A stretch of DNA of 64,000 nucleotides from Propioniciclava tarda. Its GTDB lineage: Bacteria; Actinomycetota; Actinomycetes; Propionibacteriales; Propionibacteriaceae. Positions 1-9,100 of the stretch are shown piece after piece (positions within the stretch are counted from its first letter, which is position 1; the number at the start of each line of letters is the position of its first letter). Position numbers and translations under genes: made by a program. Below the pieces are notes generated by a model. The model was not told the DNA's origin, did no database searches, and was given only the letters and a program-made list of their open reading frames with translations. The stretch covers positions 23,664 through 87,663 of the forward strand of contig NZ_FXTL01000008.1 in NCBI RefSeq assembly GCF_900182665.1. The letters are read 5' to 3'.

Positions 1-402
1 CGACGGCGATGGCGCCCCACAGGCGCATCAGGAACTTGCCCTGCTGAACCAGGTACGCCTTGCAGGTCTCGTAGATCAGCTCCGACATCTCGAGCATGGA
101 CGCGTGCACCGGCATGCTCTTGAGTTCGCGGTACGTCCACAGGCCGAAGCCGAGTCCGAACACGCAGATCAGCAGGCCGATGAGCAGGAGTGCCCAGCCG
201 TTGATCGCTCCGCCGAAGAAGGTGGCGATGTGCAGGTCCGGCAGGTGCAGGTTCGCCTCGCCGCCACCCTTGTGTCCGCCTGCGGACGCCGCCGGCGCGG
301 TGCAGCCGGCGAGGGCGAGAGCGGGGAGTCCGAGAACGAGCGGCAGAGCCCGCGCCAGGCGCGGAGCCGTGCGGGGCTCGAGGTCGTTATGTGTGGTCAT
401 CA
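1..402 (-). CDS. 5' end of a membrane protein, gene continues left of the window. N-terminus MTTHNDLEP... with a lipobox-like LALAGC, followed by a TM helix. Weak resemblance to the N-terminal region of membrane pyrophosphatases.
   Basis: Minus-strand reading from ATG at 402. GC3-rich coding. Hydrophobic TM segment. Motif MLEMSELIYETCKAYLVQQ loosely similar to the M-PPase A.AYL.RQ motif seen in hppA further down. Confidence 0.3.
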
Positions 403-669
403 GTATGGGTCCTCGATCAAGCTCCGGCCCTCTCACAGGGCCCTTCGACAGCGCCGTCGTTATCTCGCCGATATCTGTCTAGGCAACCATAATCCGCACG
501 TTCGGCCGCCGAGGGTAAACGCGCCAGTTCGTAACGAACAGGTCACGGAGTCTTGGTGTGGTCGTTGCCACGTCGCGCTCTGGCCGGTGGTGGCTGGTAC
601 GAAAGTACCGTTTGGGTCGTTCTTTGGTGCCGGTGTTGTCGTCCGCCCAGCTTCGACCTGGCCGGGAGG

Positions 670-2394
670 GTGACCACGGTGACCACGACGGTGGCGGGGG
701 TGGCCTCGACGGTGGGGTATAGCTGGCGGGATGATGGGCAGATGACTGCGATCACCCTTGATGGTGTGGCGGTGGCGACGCTCGGTTATGACCCGGCCGG
801 TGAACTGGCCGGGGTCACTTACCCGTTCGGGGGACTGGGTGGCCTCACTAAACAGCCCTCCGGTGCCCTTGTGGGTGATGCGTGGACGGTGAACCTGGCC
901 AACGGTGCCAGCCGTACCTTCACCGAGTCGTTGACCCGCTCCCAGGCTGGCAGGGTCACCGCGTCATCCTGGACCGATACCGGCAGTCCGGGTAGTGCGG
1001 TGGGGTGGGGGTACAGCTATGACCAGGCCGGACGCCTTACCCAAGCTGTCCTGGCCCCGGCGGCAGGACGGGCCCAAACCAGCTTCGGGTACAGCTTCAC
1101 CCCCACCGGTGGGTGTGGCGCTGACCCGCAAGCCGGCAAGAACGGGTCACGTACCGGGTCAAGTATCCAGACCGGCGCTGGCACACCGCAGGTGACGTCG
1201 TACTGCTACGACCAGGCCTCCCGGCTCACCGCCACCACCGGCGCTAACCCGATCGATCCGGGCACGGTCAGCTACGACCCGCACGGGAACGCGACCCGGA
1301 TCGGTGATCAAACCTGGACCTACAACGCTGCCGACCAAGTCACCGGCACCACGGTGGTGTCGGCGGGGCAACAGCTCGGCTACACGCGTGACCCATCCGG
1401 TCGGGTCGTGCAACGCCAAGCCACGGGCCCTGAAACCGCCACGGCACGCTACGGGTTCGCCGGTGGGGACGATTCCCCAGACTTGCTGCTTGATCCGGCT
1501 GGTCAACCTGTGGAGCGGTATCTGTCTTTGCCTGGCGGGGTCCTGCTCACCAAGCCCACCACCGGTGCCGCCACGAGGTGGGCGGTACCGAACCTGCACG
1601 GCGACACCAGCATCCTGATCGGTATCACCAACGGTGCCGTCACGATCAGCGGTGCAGGCTGGATCAACGACCCGTACGGCCAACCGATCAACCCGAACAC
1701 CGGGCAGATCGACTTGGCAGCCACCCCCACCACCCGGACCGGCACCACGACCACCGATGCCTGGCTCGGTCAACACCAGCGAGGCTTCGAACACACCACC
1801 GGCCTGAACCAAATGCTGATGGGAGCCAGAACCTACCTGCCCAGCCTCGGCATCTTCACTGCTACCGACCCCGTAGAGGGTGGCAACGACACCACCTACA
1901 CCTACCCCAACGACCCCATCAATAAACAAGACCTCAGCGGAGAAAAATGGTGGAATTGGTGGCGCCCCATATCTGGGCTGCAAGTTGCCCGACGCGTATT
2001 GAATCACGGCACCGCTTTCTACTCCTTCAATGGCCCCTTCGTCTCCGCTCAGGGAGGCGTCACATGCATCAAGAGATGCCCATCTGTCTCCGTATCTTTT
2101 GGAGCAGGTGCCTCGGCACAAAAGATCAATAAGGTGGCTAGGTTTGTTCCTGGGACCATGATTGGCTATCAATTTGGGCGACCCACAAACGGGCTGGGTT
2201 TCGGTGCCGCAGCATGCTGGCACGGCTTATGTCTCGGCGCCAGCAGTGGTGACGAAGGCTGGGGTACAGTTAACGGATTCAGCCCTGTATTTGGAATAGG
2301 CACACCAGGCGTTCAATTATGGGCTTTAGGAACATTTGCAGATGAGCGTTCAGGACAGGGGGCCTCGCCGGGTCGCCCAATGAGGGTAAGGTAG
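670..2394 (+). CDS. RHS / YD-repeat protein, N-terminally truncated (about 570 aa). Has the RHS core terminal motif and a C-terminal variable toxin domain (CT).
   Basis: Multiple YD repeats (GYDPAGELAGVTYPFGG, YSYDQAGRLT, YCYDQASRLT, SYDPHGNATRIGD, WTYNAADQVTG). RHS core end motif GARTYLPSLGIFTATDP...YTYPNDPINKQDLSGE. Start uncertain: GTG 670 or 679, after GGGAGG. No upstream same-strand gene. Confidence 0.8.
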   Translation: MTTVTTTVAGVASTVGYSWRDDGQMTAITLDGVAVATLGYDPAGELAGVTYPFGGLGGLTKQPSGALVGDAWTVNLANGASRTFTESLTRSQAGRVTASSWTDTGSPGSAVGWGYSYDQAGRLTQAVLAPAAGRAQTSFGYSFTPTGGCGADPQAGKNGSRTGSSIQTGAGTPQVTSYCYDQASRLTATTGANPIDPGTVSYDPHGNATRIGDQTWTYNAADQVTGTTVVSAGQQLGYTRDPSGRVVQRQATGPETATARYGFAGGDDSPDLLLDPAGQPVERYLSLPGGVLLTKPTTGAATRWAVPNLHGDTSILIGITNGAVTISGAGWINDPYGQPINPNTGQIDLAATPTTRTGTTTTDAWLGQHQRGFEHTTGLNQMLMGARTYLPSLGIFTATDPVEGGNDTTYTYPNDPINKQDLSGEKWWNWWRPISGLQVARRVLNHGTAFYSFNGPFVSAQGGVTCIKRCPSVSVSFGAGASAQKINKVARFVPGTMIGYQFGRPTNGLGFGAAACWHGLCLGASSGDEGWGTVNGFSPVFGIGTPGVQLWALGTFADERSGQGASPGRPMRVR

Positions 2395-2395
2395 C

Positions 2396-2791
2396 ATGAA
2401 TGACTCATTGAAGCCGCGGGGTCTCGCGGTAAAAGTCGGGGCGTTTTGCTCGGCTATTGTCCCTCAGTGGTGCCTTGCTCTGGGCCTGTGGGTGGGGATG
2501 CTGACGGGCATGCAATTCTACTTCTTGGCGGGCATGTTGTCGTTTCTCTTGGTCGCTTCGCTTACCTCTCCTTACAGATACTGGAGTCTATTCAGCTCCG
2601 TCCCGTCAAAGACTGAGCATGAAGATCCCGCCTTCGTTCTTCGTGTCAGGCGTGATTACTTGCGTGCCGCGGCGCACTTATCCGGTTGTCCAGTGGAAAT
2701 TGTGGCCATTCTGGCTTGGCTTGGATGGCTTCTGTTAGGAGTTGCTTGGGTGTTCTTGGTCATTGTCGGTGCCCAGGGCGGTGGGTGGTGA
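2396..2791 (+). CDS. Small polytopic membrane protein (131 aa, 3-4 TM). Candidate cognate immunity protein of the RHS CT toxin.
   Basis: ATG 1 nt after the RHS stop (TAG C ATG). Hydrophobic helices. Lies within the low-GC segment together with the toxin CT. Confidence 0.55.
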   Translation: MNDSLKPRGLAVKVGAFCSAIVPQWCLALGLWVGMLTGMQFYFLAGMLSFLLVASLTSPYRYWSLFSSVPSKTEHEDPAFVLRVRRDYLRAAAHLSGCPVEIVAILAWLGWLLLGVAWVFLVIVGAQGGGW

Positions 2792-2955
2792 GTTTTCCCG
2801 GATTCGAATTGGCGCGCCATTAGTGGCAGCCTGGCTTTCCATTCAGGCCCGCAACAGACAGTCCGGACCTGCGGTCAAGCGTGGACGCAGCCCTGGGGCG
2901 AGGCGCCGCCAGGTTTGCGCAAGGACCTCGTTTCGTAAATACTAGTGTTGTGGAA

Positions 2956-3684
2956 ATGGTCTGGAGTGCCCAGTCCGGACAGAGGCCTTCGGCCGCCGGT
3001 CCGCTGGTCGGCGCCCCGGACGCGACCGAGCCCGAAGCGGACGCCACCCGCCGCCGGGTCGCCCGCTCGATTCTGCAGCACGGACCCTCCACCGCCGCCG
3101 ACCTTGCCGACCGCCTGGGACTCACGTCCGCGGCCGTCCGACGGCACCTCTCGGCCCTCGAACTGTCCGGTGAACTCACCACCCGCGAGCAGCGCGTCTA
3201 CGGCGCGCGCGGGCGGGGGCGTCCGGCTCGGGTCTTTGTCCTGACCGACGCCGGACGCCGCACCTTCGACGCCGCCTACGACGAACTCGCCATCAAGGCC
3301 CTCGACTACCTGTCCCGTCGGGTCGGACCCGGCGCCATCGCCGACTTCGCCGAAGAATCACTTGCCCCCGTCGAGGCAAGGTTCGACGAACTGGAGGGCC
3401 ACGGCGACCGCGCCGAGCGGGTCGTCGAGGCGTTCAACCACGCCGGGTACGCAGCAACGCTCAAGCCGCTGGCGTCCGGACAACAACTCTGCCAACATCA
3501 CTGCCCGGTCGCTCACGTCGCCAGGGCCTACCCCGCCATCTGTCTGGCCGAGACCAGGCTGCTGTCCAAGCTGCTCGGCAGCCACGTCCAGCGGCTCGCC
3601 ACGATCGCCTCGGGCGACGAGGTGTGCACCACGCACATCCCGCACCCGGTCGCGGTAGCCATCGAGGAAAGGAAGAGCTCATGA
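2956..3684 (+). CDS. sufR: SufR-like ArsR-family Fe-S-responsive transcriptional repressor of the suf operon
   Basis: Winged HTH ([20 protein letters not shown]). C-terminal Cys cluster ([10 protein letters not shown]...AICLAE...DEVC). Directly upstream of and overlapping sufB. Confidence 0.75.
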   Translation: MVWSAQSGQRPSAAGPLVGAPDATEPEADATRRRVARSILQHGPSTAADLADRLGLTSAAVRRHLSALELSGELTTREQRVYGARGRGRPARVFVLTDAGRRTFDAAYDELAIKALDYLSRRVGPGAIADFAEESLAPVEARFDELEGHGDRAERVVEAFNHAGYAATLKPLASGQQLCQHHCPVAHVARAYPAICLAETRLLSKLLGSHVQRLATIASGDEVCTTHIPHPVAVAIEERKSS

Positions 3685-5120
3685 GCACGACCACCCAGGC
3701 CCCCGGAACCGGGGCCACCCAGGACGAGCATCTCTCCGCGCTCGGGGCCTACCGCTACGGCTGGCATGACGCCGACGCCGCGGGGGCGTCCGCCAAGCGA
3801 GGCCTCAACGAGGACGTCGTCCGCGACATCTCCGCCCGCAAGAACGAGCCCGAATGGATGCTGCAGCGCCGCCTGCGCGCGCTGAAGCTGTTCGAGCGCA
3901 AGCCCATGCCGACCTGGGGCGCCGACCTCGGCGACATCGACTTCGACAACATCAAGTACTTCGTGAAGTCGACCGAGAAGCAGGCCCAGACCTGGGAGGA
4001 CCTGCCCGACGACATCAAGCGCACCTACGACCGCCTCGGCATCCCCGAGGCCGAGAAGATGCGGCTGGTCGCCGGCGTCGCGGCCCAGTACGAGTCCGAG
4101 GTCGTTTACCACAAGATCAACGAGGAGCTCGAGCGCCAGGGCGTCATCTTCGTCGACACCGACACGGGCCTGCGCGAGTACCCCGAGATCTTCGAGCAGT
4201 ACTTCGCCACGGTCATTCCGGCCGGCGACAACAAGTTCTCGGCGCTCAACACCGCGGTCTGGTCCGGCGGCTCGTTCATCTACGTGCCCAAGGGCGTCCA
4301 CGTTTCGATCCCGCTGCAGGCCTACTTCCGGATCAATACCGAGAACATGGGCCAGTTCGAGCGGACGCTGATCATCGCCGACGAGGGCTCTTACGTGCAC
4401 TACGTCGAGGGCTGCACGGCCCCGATCTACAAGTCCGACTCGCTGCACTCCGCCGTGGTCGAGATCATCGTGCGCAAGAACGCCCGCGTCCGGTACACGA
4501 CGATCCAGAACTGGTCGACCAACGTCTACAACCTCGTCACCAAGCGCGCCACGTGCGACGAGGGCGCCACCATGGAGTGGATCGACGGCAACATCGGCTC
4601 CAAGGTCACCATGAAGTACCCGGCCGTCTGGCTGCTGGGCGAGCACGCCCGCGGCGAGACCCTGTCGATCGCGTTCGCCGGCGAGGGCCAGCACCAGGAC
4701 ACCGGCTCCAAGATGGTGCACGCCGCGCCGCACACGTCCAGCTCGATCGTGTCCAAGTCGGTGGCCCGCAACGGCGGACGCTCCTCGTACCGCGGCCTCG
4801 TCCAGGTCGACGAGGGATCGCACCACTCGGCGTCCTCGGTGAAATGTGACGCCCTGCTGGTCGACACCATCAGCCGCTCCGACACCTACCCGTACGCGGA
4901 CGTCCGCAACGACGAGGTGTCGATGGCGCACGAGGCGACCGTGTCGAAGGTCAGCGACGAGCAGCTCTTCTACCTGATGAGCCGCGGCATCTCCGAGGAC
5001 GAGGCCATGGCGATGATCGTGCGTGGCTTCATCGAGCCCATCGCGCGCGAGCTGCCCATGGAGTACGCGCTCGAACTGAACCGCCTGATCGAGCTGCAGA
5101 TGGAGGGCTCGGTCGGCTGA
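3681..5120 (+). CDS. sufB: Fe-S cluster assembly protein SufB
   Basis: Full-length match to the SufB family (MSTTTQ...[45 protein letters not shown]). Confidence 0.95.
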   Translation: MSTTTQAPGTGATQDEHLSALGAYRYGWHDADAAGASAKRGLNEDVVRDISARKNEPEWMLQRRLRALKLFERKPMPTWGADLGDIDFDNIKYFVKSTEKQAQTWEDLPDDIKRTYDRLGIPEAEKMRLVAGVAAQYESEVVYHKINEELERQGVIFVDTDTGLREYPEIFEQYFATVIPAGDNKFSALNTAVWSGGSFIYVPKGVHVSIPLQAYFRINTENMGQFERTLIIADEGSYVHYVEGCTAPIYKSDSLHSAVVEIIVRKNARVRYTTIQNWSTNVYNLVTKRATCDEGATMEWIDGNIGSKVTMKYPAVWLLGEHARGETLSIAFAGEGQHQDTGSKMVHAAPHTSSSIVSKSVARNGGRSSYRGLVQVDEGSHHSASSVKCDALLVDTISRSDTYPYADVRNDEVSMAHEATVSKVSDEQLFYLMSRGISEDEAMAMIVRGFIEPIARELPMEYALELNRLIELQMEGSVG

Positions 5121-5145
5121 CCGGGCACGGACGAGAGACGAATCA

Positions 5146-6291
5146 ATGACCACGACATTGGACGCCGCACCTGCGGTCTCCAGCCACCTCCACCCGCGCG
5201 CGTCCTGGGACGTCGCGGACCACCCGACCCCCACCGGACGCGAGGAGGTCTGGCGCTTCACGCCGATCGACCGCATCGAGCCCCTGTTCCTGGACGCCCT
5301 CAGCGGCGACAACCTGGCCTGGGAGACCTCGCTGCCGGACGGCGTCCGGATCGAGCCCATCAGCCGGGACGAGGCGCGCGAACGGTCCGTCGAACCGCCC
5401 GCCGACCGCATCGCGGCCGTGGCCGCCCACAACGCGGGCTACGCCGCGCTGTTGACGATCCCCGAGGGCCTCGAACTGGACGCCCCCATCGTCATCGCCG
5501 GCACCGGACGCGACGACCACGTCAAGGAGCACCTCGTCATCGAGGTCGGACGCCGCGCGCGGGCCACGATCGTGCTGCGCTACCGCGGTCACGCCCAGTT
5601 CATGGCGAAGACCGACGTGCGCGTCGGGGAGGGCGCCGCGCTGAACATGGTGCTCGTCGCCGACTGGGACGACACCGCCCTGCACGGCGGGCAGGCGTCC
5701 TACCTGGTCGGACGCGACGCGCAGGTGCGCACCGTCGCCGTGAGCCTGGGCGGCAAGGTCGTCCGGCTGGTCGACACGGCCCGCTTCGACGGCCCCGGAG
5801 GGTCCATCGAGCAGTACGGCCTCTACTTCGCGGACGCCGGCCAACACCTCGAACACCGCCTGTTCGTCGACCACAACGAGCCGCACACGTCATCTAACGT
5901 CGACTACCGCGGCGCGCTGCAGGGCGAGGGCGCGCACTCGGTATGGGTGGGCAACGTGCTGATCCGAGCCAACGCCACCGGCGTCACGACGTACGAGCAG
6001 AACCGCAACCTTGTGCTGACCGACGGCTGCATCGCGGACTCGATCCCGAACCTTGAGATCGAGACCGGCGAGATCGCCGGAGCCGGCCACAGCTCCACCA
6101 CCGGACGCTTCGACGACGAGCAGCTGTTCTATCTGATGAGCCGTGGCATCCCGGCCGCCGAGGCGCGCCGCCTCGTCGTCGAGGGCTTCTTCGCCGACAT
6201 CATCCGCCGCATCGGCGTCGGTGAGTTGGAGGAGAAGCTGATGGACGCCATCCGCGACGAGTTGGCGGTCACGGTGGGGGGCGCGTCATGA
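5146..6291 (+). CDS. sufD: Fe-S cluster assembly protein SufD
   Basis: SufD family C-terminal region ([25 protein letters not shown]). Position between sufB and sufC. Confidence 0.9.
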   Translation: MTTTLDAAPAVSSHLHPRASWDVADHPTPTGREEVWRFTPIDRIEPLFLDALSGDNLAWETSLPDGVRIEPISRDEARERSVEPPADRIAAVAAHNAGYAALLTIPEGLELDAPIVIAGTGRDDHVKEHLVIEVGRRARATIVLRYRGHAQFMAKTDVRVGEGAALNMVLVADWDDTALHGGQASYLVGRDAQVRTVAVSLGGKVVRLVDTARFDGPGGSIEQYGLYFADAGQHLEHRLFVDHNEPHTSSNVDYRGALQGEGAHSVWVGNVLIRANATGVTTYEQNRNLVLTDGCIADSIPNLEIETGEIAGAGHSSTTGRFDDEQLFYLMSRGIPAAEARRLVVEGFFADIIRRIGVGELEEKLMDAIRDELAVTVGGAS

Positions 6292-6629
6292 GCTTCGTCC
6301 GCGCCTGCTCGCTGGCCGACCTCAAACAGGACCGGCCGCTCGGCGTCCACATCGGCGACGTCCGCGTCGCCCTGGTGAGGTCCGGGGACGCGATCTACGC
6401 CATCCACGACGAATGCAGCCACGCCAAAATCCTGCTGTCCGTCGGCGACTTCGACCCCGAGGGCCCTGACGGCCCGACCCTGGAGTGCTACGGCCATGGC
6501 TCGCGGTTCGACCTGCAGACCGGACGCCCCCTCGAACTGCCGGCCACCGCACCCGTCCCCATCTACGCCACCGCGATCGAGGGCGACGACGTCCTCGTCG
6601 ACCTCGACAACCCGATCCAGGAGTCCTGA
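6288..6629 (+). CDS. Rieske [2Fe-2S] ferredoxin-like protein embedded in the suf operon
   Basis: CSH...CYGHGS Rieske motifs (HDECSHAKI...LECYGHGSRF). ATGA overlap with the sufD stop. Confidence 0.8.
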   Translation: MSFVRACSLADLKQDRPLGVHIGDVRVALVRSGDAIYAIHDECSHAKILLSVGDFDPEGPDGPTLECYGHGSRFDLQTGRPLELPATAPVPIYATAIEGDDVLVDLDNPIQES

Positions 6630-6630
6630 C

Positions 6631-7389
6631 ATGTCCCTCGAAATCCGCGACCTGCACGTCGATGTCATGACGGAGTCCGGGCCCAAAGAGATCCTCAAGG
6701 GCGTCGACCTGACGATCAACCCGGGCGAGGTCCACGCGATCATGGGCCCCAACGGGTCCGGCAAGTCGACCCTGGCCTACGCGCTGATGGGCCACCCGAA
6801 GTACACGATCACGTCCGGCTCCGTCGTCCTCGACGGCGTCGACCTGACCCACCTGGCCGTCGACGAGCGCGCTCGCACCGGACTGTTCTTGGCCATGCAG
6901 TACCCCGTCGAGGTGCCCGGCGTCTCGGTGGCCAACTTCCTGCGCACCGCCAAGACGGCCCTCTCGGGCGAGGCTCCCAAGGTGCGCACCTGGGTCAAGG
7001 AGGTCAACGCCGCGCTGGCGTCCCTCGACCTCGATCCGTCCTTCTCGGCGCGCTCGGTCAACGAGGGCTTCTCGGGCGGCGAGAAGAAGCGCTCCGACAT
7101 CGCCCAGCTGGGCCTGCTCGGCCCGAAGTACGCCGTCCTGGACGAGACCGACTCCGGCCTCGACATCGACGCGCTGCGCGTCGTCGCCGACGGCGTGAAC
7201 CGCTACCTCGCCGACGGCACCCACGGCGTCCTGCTGATCACGCACTACTCGCGCGTGCTGCAGTACATCAAGCCGACCGTCGTGCACGTCTACATGGACG
7301 GCCGCATCGTCGCGTCCGGTGGACCCGAGCTCGCCGACCGCCTGGAGGCCGAGGGCTACGAGCAGTTCGAGGCGCGTGCGGATGCCTGA
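6631..7389 (+). CDS. sufC: Fe-S cluster assembly ATPase SufC
   Basis: Walker A GPNGSGKST. ABC signature FSGGEKKR. Start 1 nt after the Rieske gene stop. Confidence 0.95.
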   Translation: MSLEIRDLHVDVMTESGPKEILKGVDLTINPGEVHAIMGPNGSGKSTLAYALMGHPKYTITSGSVVLDGVDLTHLAVDERARTGLFLAMQYPVEVPGVSVANFLRTAKTALSGEAPKVRTWVKEVNAALASLDLDPSFSARSVNEGFSGGEKKRSDIAQLGLLGPKYAVLDETDSGLDIDALRVVADGVNRYLADGTHGVLLITHYSRVLQYIKPTVVHVYMDGRIVASGGPELADRLEAEGYEQFEARADA

Positions 7390-8656
7390 TCGCTCGCCGT
7401 TCTGGCTGGCGGACGCCGTCCGGCCCGACTTCCCCATCCTGGCTCGCCGGGTGGGGGAGTGGCCGCTGACCTACCTGGACTCGGGCAACACGTCCCAGAA
7501 GCCCAGGCAGGTCGTAGACGCGATCGCCGCCCAGTACCTCGAGCACAACGCCAACGTCGCCCGGGCGATGCACCTGCTGGGCGCCGAGGCCACGGAGGCC
7601 TTCGAGGGCGGACGCGCCAAGGTCGCGTCCTTCATCGGCGGACGCCCCGAGGAGATCGTGTTCACCAAGAACGCTTCCGAGGCCCTGAACCTGGCCGCTC
7701 ACGCGCTCGGCCAGCACCTCAAGCTGGGGCCGGCCGACGAGGTCGTCACGACCGTCATGGAGCACCACAGCAACATCGTCCCGTGGCAGCTCCTGTGCGA
7801 ACGGACCGGCGCCACGCTGCGCTGGTTCGACGTCACCGAGTCCGGACGCCTCGACCTCGCCCAGGCGCACGCCGACGGCCTGCTCAACGAGCGCACCAAG
7901 ATCGTCACCGCCGCCTGGGTTTCGAATGTGCTCGGCACCGTCAACCCCGTCATCGAGCTGGCAGCGCGCGCCCATGCCGTGGGCGCGGTCTTCGTGCTGG
8001 ACGCCTCCCAGGGCGTCCCGCAACTGCCGACCGCCGTCCGCGACCTGGGGGCCGACCTGGTCGCCTTCACCGGCCACAAGATGGTCGGGCCGACCGGCAT
8101 CGGCGTCCTGTGGGGCCGCTACGACCTGCTGGAGAAGCTGCCGCCGTTCCTCGGCGGCGGCGAGATGATCGAGATCGTCGAGATGGAGCGATCCACCTTC
8201 GCGCCCCCGCCAGCCAGGTTCGAAGCCGGGACGCCCCCGATCGCGCAGGCGGTCGGGCTCGGGGCCGCCGCCGACTACCTCAGCGCCCTCGGCATGGACA
8301 ACGTCGCGGCCCACGAGCGGGCGATCACGGCCTATGCGCTGGAGCGCCTCAACGCCATCGACGGGCTGCGCATCCTGGGGCCCAACGAGATCGCCGATCG
8401 CGGCGGGGCCATCGCCTTCACGCTGGCCACCCCGGACGGGGCCGAGGTTCACCCCCACGACCTCATGCAGTTCCTCGACTCGCGCGGGGTCGCCGTCCGC
8501 GGCGGGCATCACTGCGCGCGTCCGCTGCACAAGCGCTTCGGCGTCCAGAGTTCGACGCGGGCGTCCTTCTATCTCTACACGACGCCGGACGAGATCGACC
8601 GGCTCGCGGACTCGCTGATCTATACCCGCGACTTCTTCACCAGGGGGGCAGCATGA
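7382..8656 (+). CDS. sufS: Cysteine desulfurase SufS (class II aminotransferase)
   Basis: PLP-lysine region FTGHKMVGPTGIGVLWG. Active-site Cys motif RGGHHCARPL. Overlaps sufC by 8 nt. Confidence 0.95.
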   Translation: MPDRSPFWLADAVRPDFPILARRVGEWPLTYLDSGNTSQKPRQVVDAIAAQYLEHNANVARAMHLLGAEATEAFEGGRAKVASFIGGRPEEIVFTKNASEALNLAAHALGQHLKLGPADEVVTTVMEHHSNIVPWQLLCERTGATLRWFDVTESGRLDLAQAHADGLLNERTKIVTAAWVSNVLGTVNPVIELAARAHAVGAVFVLDASQGVPQLPTAVRDLGADLVAFTGHKMVGPTGIGVLWGRYDLLEKLPPFLGGGEMIEIVEMERSTFAPPPARFEAGTPPIAQAVGLGAAADYLSALGMDNVAAHERAITAYALERLNAIDGLRILGPNEIADRGGAIAFTLATPDGAEVHPHDLMQFLDSRGVAVRGGHHCARPLHKRFGVQSSTRASFYLYTTPDEIDRLADSLIYTRDFFTRGAA

Positions 8657-9099
8657 GCGTCGAAGCCATGTACCAGGAGATCATCCTGGACCACTACAAG
8701 GCCAAGCATCACGCCGGCCTGCGCGACCCCTACGAGGCCGAAGTCACGCACGTCAATCCCTCCTGCGGCGACGAAATCATGCTGCGCGTCCACCTCGACG
8801 GCGACACCGTCGCGGACGTCTCCTACGACGCCGTCGGCTGCTCGATCTCGCAGGCGTCCACGTCGGTCATGTCGGACCTGGTCATCGGCAAGACCGTCGA
8901 CGAGGGCATGGCCCTCGCGGCGTCCTTCTCGGAGATGATGCACAGCCGCGGCGAGATCGAGCCCGACGAAGACGTTCTTGAGGACGCCGTCGCGTTCGTC
9001 GGCGTCGCCAAGTTCCCCGCGCGCGTCAAGTGCGCCCTGTTGGGCTGGTCTGCGTGGAAGGACGCCGTCGCCCACGCCCTCGCCGCTAAGGAGTCCTGA
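8653..9099 (+). CDS. sufU: SufU / NifU-like Fe-S scaffold / sulfurtransferase
   Basis: Conserved Cys residues (NPSCGDE, VGCSISQAS, KCALLGW). ATGA overlap with sufS. Confidence 0.9.
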   Translation: MSVEAMYQEIILDHYKAKHHAGLRDPYEAEVTHVNPSCGDEIMLRVHLDGDTVADVSYDAVGCSISQASTSVMSDLVIGKTVDEGMALAASFSEMMHSRGEIEPDEDVLEDAVAFVGVAKFPARVKCALLGWSAWKDAVAHALAAKES

Positions 9100-9100
9100 C

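Noticed and set aside
553-669. ATG at 553 as start of the RHS gene (MVWSLPRRALAGGGWYES...)
   Set aside because: The first about 40 codons look non-coding (Cys/Trp/Arg-rich, poor GC3). The start is more likely GTG 670 or 679, after GGGAGG.
2742-2945. 67-aa ORF overlapping the end of the immunity gene
   Set aside because: Overlaps a better gene in another frame. Arg-rich. No support for a second immunity gene.
3528-5432. 634-aa ORF antisense to sufB/sufD. Also many other long antisense ORFs: 10445-11845, 12916-14073, 28802-31189, 37375-38934, 41897-43837, 52425-54536, 59641-60762, 61320-63368.
   Set aside because: Shadow ORFs, typical of 70% GC DNA. Arg/Gly/Pro-rich low-complexity translations. 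Each is opposite a gene with a clear family assignment.
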